From contig NC_042998.1 in NCBI RefSeq assembly GCF_006345805.1, positions 122,512,001-122,576,000 on the forward strand: a stretch of 64,000 nucleotides of DNA. Direction: 5' to 3'. Origin of the DNA: Octopus sinensis. Its lineage: Eukaryota. The translations under genes and the position numbers were made by a program. Under the pieces are notes generated by a model, which ran no database searches, was not told the origin of the DNA, and was given only the letters and a program-made list of their open reading frames with translations. Shown piece by piece: positions 26,083-38,598 of this stretch. Each line of letters begins with the position of its first letter. The stretch's first letter is position 1.

Positions 26083-28074
26083 ATGGTCAATTTCTACCGA
26101 CGCTTCATTCCCGGTTGTGCTGATAAGCTGCTACCTCTCACCAGGCTGTTAAAGGACTCTCCTAGAAAGGACAGTCAAGTCACCCTCTCTGTTGAGGCAG
26201 TGACAGCCTTTGAGTCCATTAAGAAGGAGCTGGCTTCTGTTTCTTTGCTTGCACATCCAGTTCCTGGTGCTTCTCTCTCTTTGACTGTGGACGCATCGGA
26301 CACTGCGATTGGCGCTGTGTTACAACACACAGTGGATGACCATGTTCGACCTCTAGCCTTCTTTTCCCGTCAACTGCAACCAGCTGAACGACGATACAGC
26401 ACCTTTGATCGTGAGCTCCTAGCGATCTACCTATCGGTTCGTCATTTCCAGCATCAACTTGAAGGGCGAGATTTTGTGATCTATACGGATCACAAGCCCC
26501 TTACGTTTGCCCTGTTTTCAAAAACGGACAAACTCTCACCCCGTGCTTTTCGGCACCTGGATTTTATCTCTCAATTTACTAGCAACATTCGACACATACC
26601 TGGAAAAGAGAACGTTCCTGCTGACGCTCTCTCTCGCCTTCCAGTTTGCGCCCTTTCGTCTCCTGCTGCTATCGACTTAGCTGCCATATCGCAGGAGCAG
26701 CCACCTTTGGCGTCGTTAGATTTAACTTCTCCCAAGTTCTCCTGTTGCCAGTTTTCCTACCTTCCGCTTCCGTCAGCCGAAGGCACCATTCTTTGTGACA
26801 CTTCAACTGGATCTCCCAGGCCACTGGTGCCTGAGACCCATCAACGCTCAGTGTTTGAAGCACTGCACTCCTTATCACATCCTGGCATCGCTGCCACCCT
26901 CAAACTAATCACTGCTCGGTTTTTCTGGCCGAATATGCGTCGCACAATTACTTGTTGGACACGCACCTGCTCCAAGTGTCAACGATCCAAGATTCAACGG
27001 CACGTTCGTGCCCCGCTTGGACAATTTCCCCCCACGGAGGCCCGTTTTCGCCATGTCCACATCGATCTGGTTGGACCATGGCCTGTGAGTCGCGGGTTCT
27101 CTTATCTATTAACTTGTGTCGATCGTTTCTCCCGCTGGCCAGAAGCCATTCCGATAGCAGACATTTCTGCTGAGACTGTTGCGCGAGCTTTCGTTTCAAA
27201 CTGGATTTCTCGCTTCGGAGTCCCGTCCCGATTGACAACTGATCGTGGACGACAGTTTGAGGCCTCGCTATTTCGCGAATTGTCGCGAATTTTGGGTATG
27301 CACCATATCCACACCACAAGCTACCATCCAGCGTCTAATGGATTGGTTGAGCGGTTCCATAGACAGCTCAAGGCCGCTCTTCGTGCCTCTTCGGACCCAC
27401 AGTCCTGGATCGAATTTCTGCCCATTGTGCTTCTCGGCTGTCGGACTGCTGTCAAGGCAGACCTGGGGTTTTCTGCTGCAGAGCTGCTGTATGGTACCAC
27501 ACTGGCATTGCCCGGTACGATGTTGGTGCCAGACACTTCCCCGCCCCATGATCCGGCGACCTATGTCACCAGACTGCGGGAATATTTTTCAAACCTTCCG
27601 CCCATGCTTCCCAGAAAGCAATCTCCACCGTCCCATCTTCCACCGGATATGAACACCTGGTCGCATGTTTTTGTTCGGGACGATTCTGTGAAGGGCCCAC
27701 TTGTTTCTCCCTATAAAGGACCTTTTCGTGTGCTTTCTCGCACACCAAAGGTTTTCACGATTGAGATAAATGGTCGTTCGGAGACCGTTTCCGTGGACCG
27801 TTTAAAAAAGGCACATTTTGAGACGTCTTCATCGTTTGATGACAACCTTGACACACCCACCTATGCACCTTTAACAACACTTTCACCTGCACAAACGCCT
27901 TCACCTGCACAAACGCCTTCACCTGCACAAACGCCTTCACCTGCACAAACACCTTCACCGGCTCCTACAACACCACCCTCGCCGTCAACGGGTGCCCCGA
28001 GCACACCGTATGTTACAAAATCGGGCAGAACAGTGCATTGGCCCAAGAAACTTTCAAAAACAATTTACATTTAA
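26083..28074 (+). CDS. pol: 5'-truncated Ty3/Gypsy pol: RT connection, RNase H and integrase (HHCC, DDE, GPY/F)
   Basis: [54 protein letters not shown] / TTDRG / LVERFH and PYKGPF. Uninterrupted 663 aa that begin abruptly at a (TATC)n tract. Confidence 0.95.
   Translation: MVNFYRRFIPGCADKLLPLTRLLKDSPRKDSQVTLSVEAVTAFESIKKELASVSLLAHPVPGASLSLTVDASDTAIGAVLQHTVDDHVRPLAFFSRQLQPAERRYSTFDRELLAIYLSVRHFQHQLEGRDFVIYTDHKPLTFALFSKTDKLSPRAFRHLDFISQFTSNIRHIPGKENVPADALSRLPVCALSSPAAIDLAAISQEQPPLASLDLTSPKFSCCQFSYLPLPSAEGTILCDTSTGSPRPLVPETHQRSVFEALHSLSHPGIAATLKLITARFFWPNMRRTITCWTRTCSKCQRSKIQRHVRAPLGQFPPTEARFRHVHIDLVGPWPVSRGFSYLLTCVDRFSRWPEAIPIADISAETVARAFVSNWISRFGVPSRLTTDRGRQFEASLFRELSRILGMHHIHTTSYHPASNGLVERFHRQLKAALRASSDPQSWIEFLPIVLLGCRTAVKADLGFSAAELLYGTTLALPGTMLVPDTSPPHDPATYVTRLREYFSNLPPMLPRKQSPPSHLPPDMNTWSHVFVRDDSVKGPLVSPYKGPFRVLSRTPKVFTIEINGRSETVSVDRLKKAHFETSSSFDDNLDTPTYAPLTTLSPAQTPSPAQTPSPAQTPSPAQTPSPAPTTPPSPSTGAPSTPYVTKSGRTVHWPKKLSKTIYI
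27882..27953 (+). repeat. 18-bp coding tandem repeat x4 (SPAQTP) in the integrase C-terminus
   Basis: ttcacctgcacaaacgcc x3 plus ttcacctgcacaaacacc. Confidence 0.95.
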
Positions 28075-28199
28075 CTTTAAAATGTTTCTTATTGTATAAT
28101 AGTATGTACCAAGTCTTCTGGGGGATCGGCAAGCCTTCTGTTTTCTGCAGCACCACCACAATATTCTAGTTGCCGTACTTCGCACTCGGAGGGGAGCCC

Positions 28200-28616
28200 T
28201 GTAGTGATGCTACTGTGTAGGGTTCGGCGCGCATGCGCAGAATGGGACTACTTCCGGTGGCCACCGGAAGTCTTCCCCATGCGCATGTGCGGGAAAACAT
28301 CTCTCGAGCCCGCGAACCTCAAATCTCTCTCTTCGGCTCAAGACAGCACTGCGATCGGTCACGGTTTTCCTGGCTCTGACAGCCACACACCAGCTTCAAC
28401 CAACTTCAACCAACCTCAACGACCAACACCAGCAATACATCAGAGGCTGTCTATTCCCCCATCAGACAACGTACAACCATGAATCAATAAACCAAGTTGT
28501 CTGTTCACCTTTAACCTGAGTTTCGTCTGTTTGTTTTCTGCAAGAATTTTTGTATGTGACTAGAAAGGATCTCGACACCCTGCCAGTGCTTCGATGATAG
28601 ATCCTTTCACGTTACA
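28200..28616 (+). mobile_element. Gypsy 3' LTR (417 bp), preceded by a polypurine tract at 28188-28196
   Basis: PPT GGAGGGGAG lies 3 nt before TGTAGTGA. The LTR ends TCACGTTACA (TG...CA, imperfect terminal inverted repeat) and has an internal AATAAA near 28486. Confidence 0.85.
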
Positions 28617-29731
28617 AACATACCATTTGATGTCGAAACACAATGGGTGGTCTCTGCCATCTGCTTTGAAATGTCAGAGACAATGTCAGAGACAAACATC
28701 CTGGAAATCGCGGTTCTAGGAGAGAAAGACTATGTGGGCAAATCAATCGAATTCCTGCTTCAATTGGATGAAGCAGCAAGAGAGAAGATACCCACCGCGA
28801 TAGAACTGCCAGGAGGCTACAAACTCTATATAGTGGTAGAGGGCAGGCGACCACGCTGCTATTTGTGTGGAAGCGAAACACACTTGAAAAAGACGTGCCC
28901 AACCACTGCACACCAAGAGCAACAACAACAACCACTACCACAACCAAAGCACTCCGGAAAAAAAGCTCTACTACCCACACCACCATCAACACAGAAGACG
29001 ACAAGAGAAGCACACCAAGCTAATCCGTCATCAACCAAAAACCACTCGACACCTGGAAAAATACCAACACTACCATCAACAGCAAAACCAAAGGAACAGA
29101 AAAACAAAGAAAACACACACAAACTGATCCCCCATCCCTTATACCGCACTCAACACACACAAACACTCAACAACCAACAACAACGAAAACAACAACACAA
29201 CCACTTACACAGACATACATAGAAGCCCACAACATACCCCTACCCCCTTCTGATTCCTCAGAAATTTCGTCGGAAGACGAAACCAGTGAGGAATGGCAAA
29301 TAGCTACAAAAAGAAGGAAAATAAAGAGCAGAAACACAACCAAACCAAATGCAAACACGAACAAAGCAGGGGGAAATACATCTCCCGAAGACATTTCAAA
29401 ACCCAACGCAAACAACAGCCACACCAACACCACAAAAACATATACAGCAAACATGCTCACAGCCATAGACACCAAAAACACAAATTTGATGGAATACATC
29501 CAATCAAAAACAAACGTAACAGAAGATGACATAAAAACAAACAACCACCCATACACAACACCACCAGACCACATCAAAATAATACACATCTCCAAAAGTC
29601 TGCACCACACACTCAAAGGCATTTTCCCCAGTGCGGTTGGTAAATGCCAAAAATATCTCACAAAGAAACTGTACTGGGATCTTCTCGAGGACAAACCAAC
29701 GGAGGAGAAAGCAAAAACTTTCGAGCAGTAA
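28617..29731 (+). pseudogene. L1/Tx1-like LINE ORF1, 5' part removed at the Gypsy LTR junction; one frameshift near 29170-29200
   Basis: Reads in frame from the LTR end as NIPFDVETQWVVSAI. Zinc knuckle CYLCGSETHLKKTC (CX2CX4HX4C). Continues in another frame to ..KAKTFEQ* at 29731. Confidence 0.8.
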
Positions 29732-29762
29732 GTAACCCTCTGTATTCTAATTCATTAGAACT

Positions 29763-32700
29763 ATGATCAAGATTGGTTGTGTAAATGCGCGTGGCTTGGG
29801 GTCCCCTTGGAAACAAGGGTACCTCTTAAATGACATAAAGTCACATAAGTTAGAAATCATAGCCATAAGCGAGACCAGACTCCACAATCCGCGGGCCCTA
29901 AAGACCATGTTTGGCGGACAGTTCAACATTTATTTTTCCCCCTGTCTGCCGAGAATGGGCGGTAGTGGCACCGCGGTACTTTTTCACAAGAGTCTGGATC
30001 TCAATGTAAGGACAATATTCGTAGACCCGGAGGGTAGACTGGTCGTCCTGGATGTCGACGGCAGCAATGGGTGCGCTTTTCGGCTCGTATCAGTTTACGC
30101 ACCGCCCTTAACAGGTCGGGCGGATTTCTTTCAACGTCTAGAAGTTTTCTTGGGAACGTCTCGTCCTTTACTCTTAGTGGGGGATTGGAATGCTACCTTG
30201 GACACGCATGTAGACTACGTGGGTAGAGATAGGAATAGACGGGGATGCAAAGAGACCTGCTCAGACGCTTTCAACTGTCTGACAGGTTTCGACTAGACCA
30301 CCCGAATGCGCCAACGTGGACATGGAGCAACCGCATCGGGTCGTCGAGATCGTATCTAGATAGGATACTGTGTAGGACAGTAGATAGAGATAGCATAGGA
30401 TGTCCACAATTCCACATAGTCAGCTACACGGATCACAAACTTGTGACATGTACGCTAGACTTAGGTAAGACACTTAGGCAGGGTCCCGGATACTGGAAAC
30501 TAAACGCGTCTTTCCCATCGAGACAAGTTTTCAGAGACCGGATTAGCACACTAGTAAAGAGGGCTTTGACGGGAGCCATCATCAACAACAAATGGTGGTT
30601 TGCCCTCAAGAGAGCAGTAAAAGCAGAAGCGATTAGGTACAGCAAAGCACTAGCCATAGATAGAAATAGAGTAGAGGGTGAGCTAGTTAAGAAGCTAGAA
30701 GAGGCAATTAGAAGCGGCATCGCATCCGACGTTTTGGCGGCGAGGTTGGCCCTCGACCAACACTTCAACGCCAAACACGAAGGATGTGCTGTCAGAGCTA
30801 GGATGCGTGCTCTAAGGAACGAAGGTGTTGGAGCCGCGAGAGAGGCCCGGGTGGCAGAGGCGCAACAGGGCAACAAAGCCACCATTCGGTCACTGGTAGA
30901 TGAACAGGGGCGCGAATTGCTCGAGCCAAGTAAAATGTGTGAGGCCTTTCAGCAGCATTTTGCCCGACTGTTCGGAACGAGTGGAGGGCAAGAACGTAGG
31001 GTGGACTTCAGTGCCTACCTACATAGCCTACCACGACTCTCGACAAGAAAGGCAGGGTGCTGCGAAGGTGCCATCACGGCGGCGGAAGTGCGGGAAGCGA
31101 TGGCAGAATGCTCGAGGGACAAATCACCGGGTTTGGATGGTCTACCCTACGAGCTTTACAATTGTATGCCAGACTTGTTTGGAGATCTCTTGGCGGCGGT
31201 GTACTGCAACTGGCAGCAAAACGGGAGCATTCCTGGTTTTGTGAGCCGAGGAGCCGTAACACTGCTGAAGAAAGATCTAAACAAGGGAAATGTAATAGAT
31301 AACTTTAGGCCCATCACTCTGCTTAATGCAGACTTGAAAATTTTGGCCAAGGTGCTAGCCAAGAGGTTGGCGCTTGTCATCGAGAAACTGGTCGACAAGG
31401 CGCAAACATGCGCCGTGCCAGGCCGGACCATCCATGACAACCTCCATCTGATGCGCTACATCATAGACAGGGTAGTTAACGAACCTGGCATGGGTGGGGC
31501 CCTGATCAACTTGGATCAATCAAAAGCCTTTGATAGGGTAGACCATCGATACTTGGAGGCAGTCCTGAGAGCGGCTGGTTTCGGTCCCGTCTTCCGCGGC
31601 TGGATAGCTGCCTTGTACAGAGGCATCCGTTCGGTAATTCGCGTAAATGGACATCTATCGAGACCTTTCGACATTGCACGTTCGGTCCGTCAGGGATGCC
31701 CCCTCTCGGCGCTTCTATACGTATTGACTCTTGAGCCACTACTGCGGAAGCTGGCGACTCTAAGGGGCATCCCGCGAGAATTGGGATGCGGGACGAGCGT
31801 GTCTGCATACGCGGACGACGTCACCGTCATAGTGTCTAGCCACGAGCACATCGAGCTGGTCGGCGAGACACTGAAAAACTACGAAGCGGTGACAGGAGCG
31901 AAAATCAACCGGGAAAAGTCAGTGGGCTTGCGACTAGGCACCTGGAGAAGCAAGCCCATGCCGTCCACCAGCGCCTCCGTCGTGGGACGCTGGACCGACG
32001 GCCCGGTTGAGTTGCTCGGGGTCTGGTTTGGTCCGGACCTCCAAGTGGAGAAGAACTGGAACGAGATAACGAGTAGGGTGGTCACTCTCGCCCGGCAATG
32101 GGCCGAGAGGAAACTGTCCCTAAAAGGTCGAGCGGAGGTGGCGAACACGTACATCGCGTCCGTCATCTACTACCGCCTGACCGTCGTACCTTGTCCCGAC
32201 CCTACCATCACCAAACTACAACGCATCCTCTTTCGCTTCTTGTGGAAAGGATGCGTCCCGATGGTCAGGCGATCCATTTGCTGTCAACACCCGTTAAAAG
32301 GAGGGCTGGGCATGCCGTGGTTGATGATGCGCAGACACGCGCTGAGACTGCGACATCTCTGGCTCTATGTAGACGACGGTGAACAGGTGTGGTCGCCGTT
32401 TGTGAGGCACGCTTTCCCGCAGCTCGTCTCCATGACCGAACTGCAGTCGTGGATCAAAAAGAGGCCGAGGAAGGGCGAATGGCACCGCGAGTGTCGCGTT
32501 GCTCTCAAGCAACTCTGCCGTCCTGGGTCGACCTTAAGTGACTTCAACACAACCAAAGCATTCTATAGGGGTTTAGTGGAGGGGAGGTACGACGACGAGC
32601 TCGGGGCGAACCTGGACGTCGACGAGGAGTACCTGACCCGCCTGTTCGGGACGACTTTCGGGCCAGGGCCCATGGACAACTTCCAGAGATCCCTGGCCTG

Positions 32701-33192
32701 GCAGTGCTACCGAGAAGCGCTACCCGTTCGGGATAAGCTCTACAGACACGGCTCGAGAAACACGGGGCCGACCTGCCCGAGATGCGGTCAGAGCGACGAA
32801 ACCGTTCTGCACGCACTCGTTCAGTGTCCAACAATTTCCGACCTGTGGGCTTATGTCGAACAACTGCTGTCACGTGTGGGACGAGTCGGTTTATCAGCTG
32901 AGTCTATCGTCAATATTGTCACGCCTCCTTCCTTCAAACGGAAGGAAGAGCTATTTTCATCATCCTTGTGGCTATGGCGAAAGAATGTATCTGGTGGACG
33001 CGTCTGAAAGGATTGGAGACAAACACTTTCCTCTCTGGTCAATCTCTCATCAACTTCTTCAAGTACCACTTGAAAAGGAAAGTGAGAGTAGAGAGGCAAG
33101 TTTTGTCTAGCGAATGTTTTAAAAAAAGATGGGTGAATGTAGCAAGAATGGCACGTATGAATGACGAAGCCACCTTGAGCATAGTCCTATGA
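29763..33192 (+). pseudogene. L1/Tx1-like LINE ORF2 (EN-RT-zf-RVT) with frameshifts near 30250 and 32940
   Basis: VNARGL, SETR, VYAP, GDWNA, YTDH (EN); KSPGLDG, RPITLLNADLK, DQSKAFD, RQGCPLS, YADD (RT); CPRCGQSDETVLHALVQC. Track ORFs 29763-30296, 30245-33007 and 32968-33192 join up. Confidence 0.92.
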
Positions 33193-33594
33193 ACCCAGAA
33201 ATCGAAAACAGAGAGTTGCTTATTTGCAAAAAAAAAAAAAAAAAAAAAAAAGAAATATAAAATGTGACTTCATTGACCGAGGTTACCGTGGTCTTTTCCG
33301 CAGGCTTTTCTTTCCACGGGTAAACCTCACCTGTCCTCCCCTTTACACTTCATATTGACATTTCTGTGATAACGATCCCTATTGATCATTTTTTTTCCTC
33401 TCCCCCCCTTTTTTTTTTTTTTTTTTTTTTAACCCCCCTTATTTTTGTCCTCTTTCTCTCCTTTTACGATCCCTTTTGGTCGAACCTCCCCTTCCTTTTT
33501 TTTTTTTTTTTTTTTTTTTAATACCTTCAAAAGAAAAGCTCTACCTTGTAATTTGTTCTATCTGTGTGCAGCCCTGTGTGGCTAATAAAGAAAC
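33193..33594 (+). other. Tx1-like LINE 3' UTR ending CAGCCCTGTGTGGCTAATAAAGAAAC, followed by (TATC)n
   Basis: The same terminal motif ends the second copy at 60098-60122. Internal A- and T-homopolymer runs are present. Confidence 0.7.
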
Positions 33595-33595
33595 A

Positions 33596-33629
33596 TATCT
33601 ATCTATCTATCTATCTATATATCTATCTA

Positions 33630-33665
<36 letters not shown>
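33596..33665. repeat. (TATC)n(TGTC)n microsatellite, right flank of the Gypsy-Tx1 composite
   Basis: Direct inspection. Confidence 0.95.
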
Positions 33666-33666
<1 letters not shown>

Positions 33667-33740
33667 AAATCTATCTATAATAATAATGGGTAAATTAATT
33701 AATCAATTAATAATTAATAAGAACCATTATCAGTAACCTT

Positions 33741-34042
33741 ATACAAAAATTCTATAATTATAAGCATAATTATAATTCGGATTCAGCAAAATTTGGTACA
33801 CTACATACCGAAATTTAGAAATAGCAGTTAAATACTATTCCACTACCATAAGATATCTCCTAGACAGCCGGGTGGATTCGTTATTTTTTCTCTTTACCTG
33901 CGTGAGTTGTAGAGTATTGCTGTCTGGGAGATATCTTATGGTAGTGGAATAGTATTTAACTGCTATTTCTAAATTTCGGTATGTGGTGAAGCAAATTTTG
34001 CTGAATCCTAATTATAATTATGCTTATAATTATAGATTTTTG

Positions 34043-34045
<3 letters not shown>
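33741..34045. mobile_element. MITE-like foldback element: about 127-bp inverted repeats around a 50-bp spacer; probable TA target duplication
   Basis: 33741-33868 vs 33919-34045 differ by about 5 substitutions and 1 gap. Termini are TA|CAAAAAT ... ATTTTTG|TA. Confidence 0.75.
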
Positions 34046-34120
<75 letters not shown>

Positions 34121-34690
34121 GCTGTCTGTCTGTCAATCTGTCTGTCGGTTTATCTGTCTGTCTGTGTGCGCGTGCGTGCGTGTGTGCGCGCGTGTGTGTG
34201 TGTGAGTGTGCGTGTGTGTGTTTGTGTGTGCGTGATAGTGGTTCGAGCTTGATAAATCGTTTGCCACACGGTTTCTATATAATCACATAGCTCTTAAGAA
34301 ATACCAACTAAATCACCTCACCCACTAACTTGAAAAGAGTGCCACAGTGGATAATGTTGTACCAGAAGCACAACACTCGTGCCAAAGACTGTGTGGTTAT
34401 AGTTGGAACGTTCTTGATCAAAAGTCTGATTAGTCTGAACAGTCCTACACCGGAACAACACCAACAACGACGATGATAACGGCGATGACGACTACAACAA
34501 TGACGACGACGTCTGTGTTATTGTGGTTGTTTAACAACTTCCGGCTGTCTTTAAATTTGGAACCACATGTTGAAATCCAAGACTGAAATGCGGTAAGGAA
34601 AAATACAAACAAGAATGTGAACTAAAAATTACAGGTCAGACGATTTTCATGATTAGGAAAAGTGCAGCTTTTCCCATTATATACATACGT

Positions 34691-34731
<41 letters not shown>

Positions 34732-34758
34732 ACACACCAACACACACACACACACATG

Positions 34759-34790
<32 letters not shown>

Positions 34791-34957
34791 ATGAATATAA
34801 AGAATTTGGTGGTATATTGATATAGAAGTGATGTTAATGTCTTTGATGGAGAAGGAACAGTACTGGAGCGGGTGTTTGCCTGCCTGTGTATCTGCATAGT
34901 ATTTACACACACACACATACACACATATGTGTTTCTGCGTATATAATACATAATACC

Positions 34958-35044
<87 letters not shown>

Positions 35045-36942
35045 GTATGTATGTATATATTTGCACACAGACAACACATACAGTATATTGAAGATAAGAG
35101 GACAAAGATTCTTTGATCAGTTATCTTCTCTGCCATAAGCTTTACACAAGGAAAGTAGCTGGAGTTACAAAAACAAAAAGCAACAGCAGTAAAACAACAG
35201 CACAAACAATAACTCTTAGAAAGACAAAGCGTATGAAGAAGATAATGCGTATTAAAAAAGAATAACAGCCTAAAACAAATTTCATCTTGTGAATAATTAC
35301 TTTTAAACATTGACTGGGGGTTTCCATTAACATCAGTCAATGCGATATATCACTTCTTTAGTGAAAAGCCGAGGCACAATATTCCTGAATTCAGTTTTAT
35401 TTTTAGTGAAAATTATGGAGAACTCTTTCCTTACATGAGCAGACAATTACTTTTATTGGATTAAATTTTTCATTCATCTAATGTTAAATTATTTATGATT
35501 AACATTTTAATCTTAACTTAGTTTAATTAAATGAAAAAATTTAATATGTAATTAAATTAAAAAAAATAATTCATAAATGTGTTTCCAATAACCTGTGAAT
35601 ATTTTCAATAGAATTTAAATATTCTAATATAATATTGGCATCCTTTCTTTAGAATCAATTATAGATTTTTCTTGTGTTTTAAAAATAAAAATTATATATA
35701 TATATATTACTGCCGTATTTTTCAGTAGTTTGTGTGATAGAATACACAGATATAGGGTATCAAATGGATAACTTTGTTTAATATGAAAGCCACAAAGTAG
35801 TGAAATGATAACTAAGAGAGAAACTGAAAAGAATCTGATGTATATTTTCTGACCATCACTCTCCCACCTCTTCACCCAGTAAAAGAAAAATCTCTCAATA
35901 ATTCAATGAAGTAAATGTGCACACATGTTCAATGAAACTTCGATATAATTTTGCTTTAGATGTTGTAATTAAACTTGACAACAGTCCTGGTGTTCAGAAA
36001 TCAACAAATATTGCAATAATTACTTTAAGTCTCTCAACAAGAATAGTTTTAATGAAAATTCAAGTCAGACAATTTAAACAATTTCCTTTCAGTAAAGAGT
36101 GTTTGAATTGAAGGAGGGAGCGGTGGGGGTGGGGGAAGAGACCGATGTTTCATATTACGGCATCAAAATTGGAAGAGAAACCACACAAACAGAAGCTCAC
36201 CATAGATCTTTATCGTAAAAGCTAAGAAGAGACGAGAAAAATTAAATAAAAGTATTCACTAAAGCTATCTAAACTGATACTTGAATTCATTTTTCTCTTT
36301 TTCTTAATTAGAGATCTTTAGATTTCCAAAGAACTGTTTAAATATCAGCTTTGGACATTAAATCTTTACAGAGAAGTAGAAGGAGAAGAAGGAAAACTTG
36401 AAGAAAAATGAGGAATAATTTACGGGCTTAAAACATCATCTTTCTGTTTGGATTTGATTAAAATCTGCTGCAAATAATTTGAATATAATCTAATAACTAT
36501 TTCTTTCAAATTGGGTGCTAGTCGGCGGAATCAGTATCTCACATGTAATTATTGCATTAAGCTGAGAGCCGCGAATGGCCGAATCAATGAGGTATCAAAC
36601 AAATAACTGGGGAGGTCGGAGATTCGTTACGTCTCTCTAGCACACACTTGCTTCCATGAGCAATATACTTTATTGTCGGTCGATCAGCCCACCTATTTGT
36701 AATTGTGTGCTACCACATGACGGGATGGATATGTAGGTCTTGACACTATAAATAGAAGCTTTACTACAATATCCACTCGTATTTTGACAACCCACAGTTC
36801 TGAGTTCAATGTGCTGTTAGGAAAGCTTATTATTAATTACAATATTAATTGTATCAGCCAAGAGTGGATACTACTTTCTTAGCGAGTTTCAGATCAAACA
36901 ATGAGGTAGGATCAAAGAGAAAGCAAAACTATATATATATAT

Positions 36943-36990
<48 letters not shown>

Positions 36991-38452
36991 TAACGTGAGT
37001 TTGGAGGGATATATTGTCCGAGTGGATACCGTATTAGCTTCCAGTTAAGGGCTAACCACAACGATCAGTATCTAACGTCTGTGTCTACATTTAGTTGTTA
37101 GTCACTCCGCGAATTTTTTCGATGAGTATTTCCGTGTGCTCATCCTGGACGGTAAAAAATGTCTAGAGTATATATTAATATTAATAATAATAAAGAGTAT
37201 GCTGCGGAAATATGTGTAGGTCATTATAATATGCTGTATATAACTATACACAAACACACACACATACACATTTAAAATACAAATTAAAGTTACCTCTTAA
37301 AATAGTCACTCTACTGTTGATATCCCCCTTCTAGAATGTTTTCCATGTTGGATACATCGTAGAATGCGTTTTCAAGAGGAGTGCGAAATTCTCATCGCAA
37401 GATTCCTTCGGTTTATTAATTCCTTTGAAATCAATAAACTTTCAGGAAAGACTTCTGCTTCGGAAATAAAGTAGGAGGACTGGAGGGTGGGGTGATAGTC
37501 TACGCGTGCTTTTTCCTAAAATCGCAGGCAAGGAGTGAGGCACAAGCTGTTGCTTTGTCACAGTGCATATATTAATGCATGTCCTCAGGCTTCACACTGT
37601 ATATCTCAAACGCTTCTGTACACTATAGGAAAATTTATTGATCGTCTGAGAAAGTGTGTGTGTGTGTGTGAGGAACTCACGATAAACGAGGGTTTCACAT
37701 TTGAGCAACTATTACTTTTTGTTTTGGTTCTACTGAAGATGACCCAATCACCTCCGAAAGTTATCCTTTTGTTTGACGTCTTAGCCGCACACCCATATTG
37801 CATCACTTTAATGGCAATTTCAACCAGTTTTCACCAACAACCGAAAGACACTCTATTCGCATTTTGTTTATTTTTCAGAAGATACGGCAAAAATTCTACG
37901 GCAATAATAATGGCTCATTAGTTTTGCTTTTAGTATTATATTTCACGAACTTTTACAGGTGTCTATGTTTTCGGTAAGTTCATGGATCTTCAGATAACGA
38001 ATTTTGGGATTACAATACGCACAATCGCAATGGGATCGTTATCGATTGTCGTTGAATGATGTCAAGATGGGACCCGATTTAAGACATTGGTCCCACTGGT
38101 AACATTGTGTAAGCCCCAAACAATCCTCTTCTAGACCTGTTATAGCTTCAAAAACATTTCTGTAAAGTTTTCCTCTATTTCAAGCAATTTCTAACAAATT
38201 CGCAGCTGTTCCTAATCCTTATTGATTAACTTGCGACAAACAGCCATGTGCAATAAGCATTAGTTCACTCTAGCAAGTAGACGACTAGCTGACGTGGAGT
38301 GATGTTGTTATTTTTAGACTGTTGGGCGAGGTTGTTCAGTCGCAGTACTGCAGTGGCAGGCACACTATACTGGGTGGTTGTCACTGTGTTCTGTTACTTT
38401 ATGGTCAGACAGAGATTATATGTGAATGAGTGAATGTGTGTGTGTATGTATT

Positions 38453-38598
38453 TGGTAGAATCGTTAGCACGCTGAACAGGTTGACCTTGTCTGTTATCCT
38501 TTCGGGTTCGATAAAATAAGTATCAGTCATGTACTGAGGTCAATGTAATCGACTGTCTCCCTACCTCAAAGTTTCAGGCCTTGTGTCTATAAGAGAAA
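38453..38598 (+). mobile_element. tRNA-derived SINE, internally deleted older copy
   Basis: tggtagaatcgttagcac ... atcctttcgggttcgataaaataagta ... caggccttgtg. Confidence 0.7.

Noticed and set aside
33228-33251. Poly(A) run as the 3' end of the Tx1-like LINE
   Set aside because: Similarity to the second copy continues to the AATAAA-containing motif at 33569-33594, so the run is internal to the 3' UTR.
35308-35342. 9-bp hairpin enclosing a kappaB-like GGGGGTTTCC site; also the 19-bp palindrome at 12659-12677
   Set aside because: Short isolated motifs with no supporting context; plausible by chance in 64 kb.
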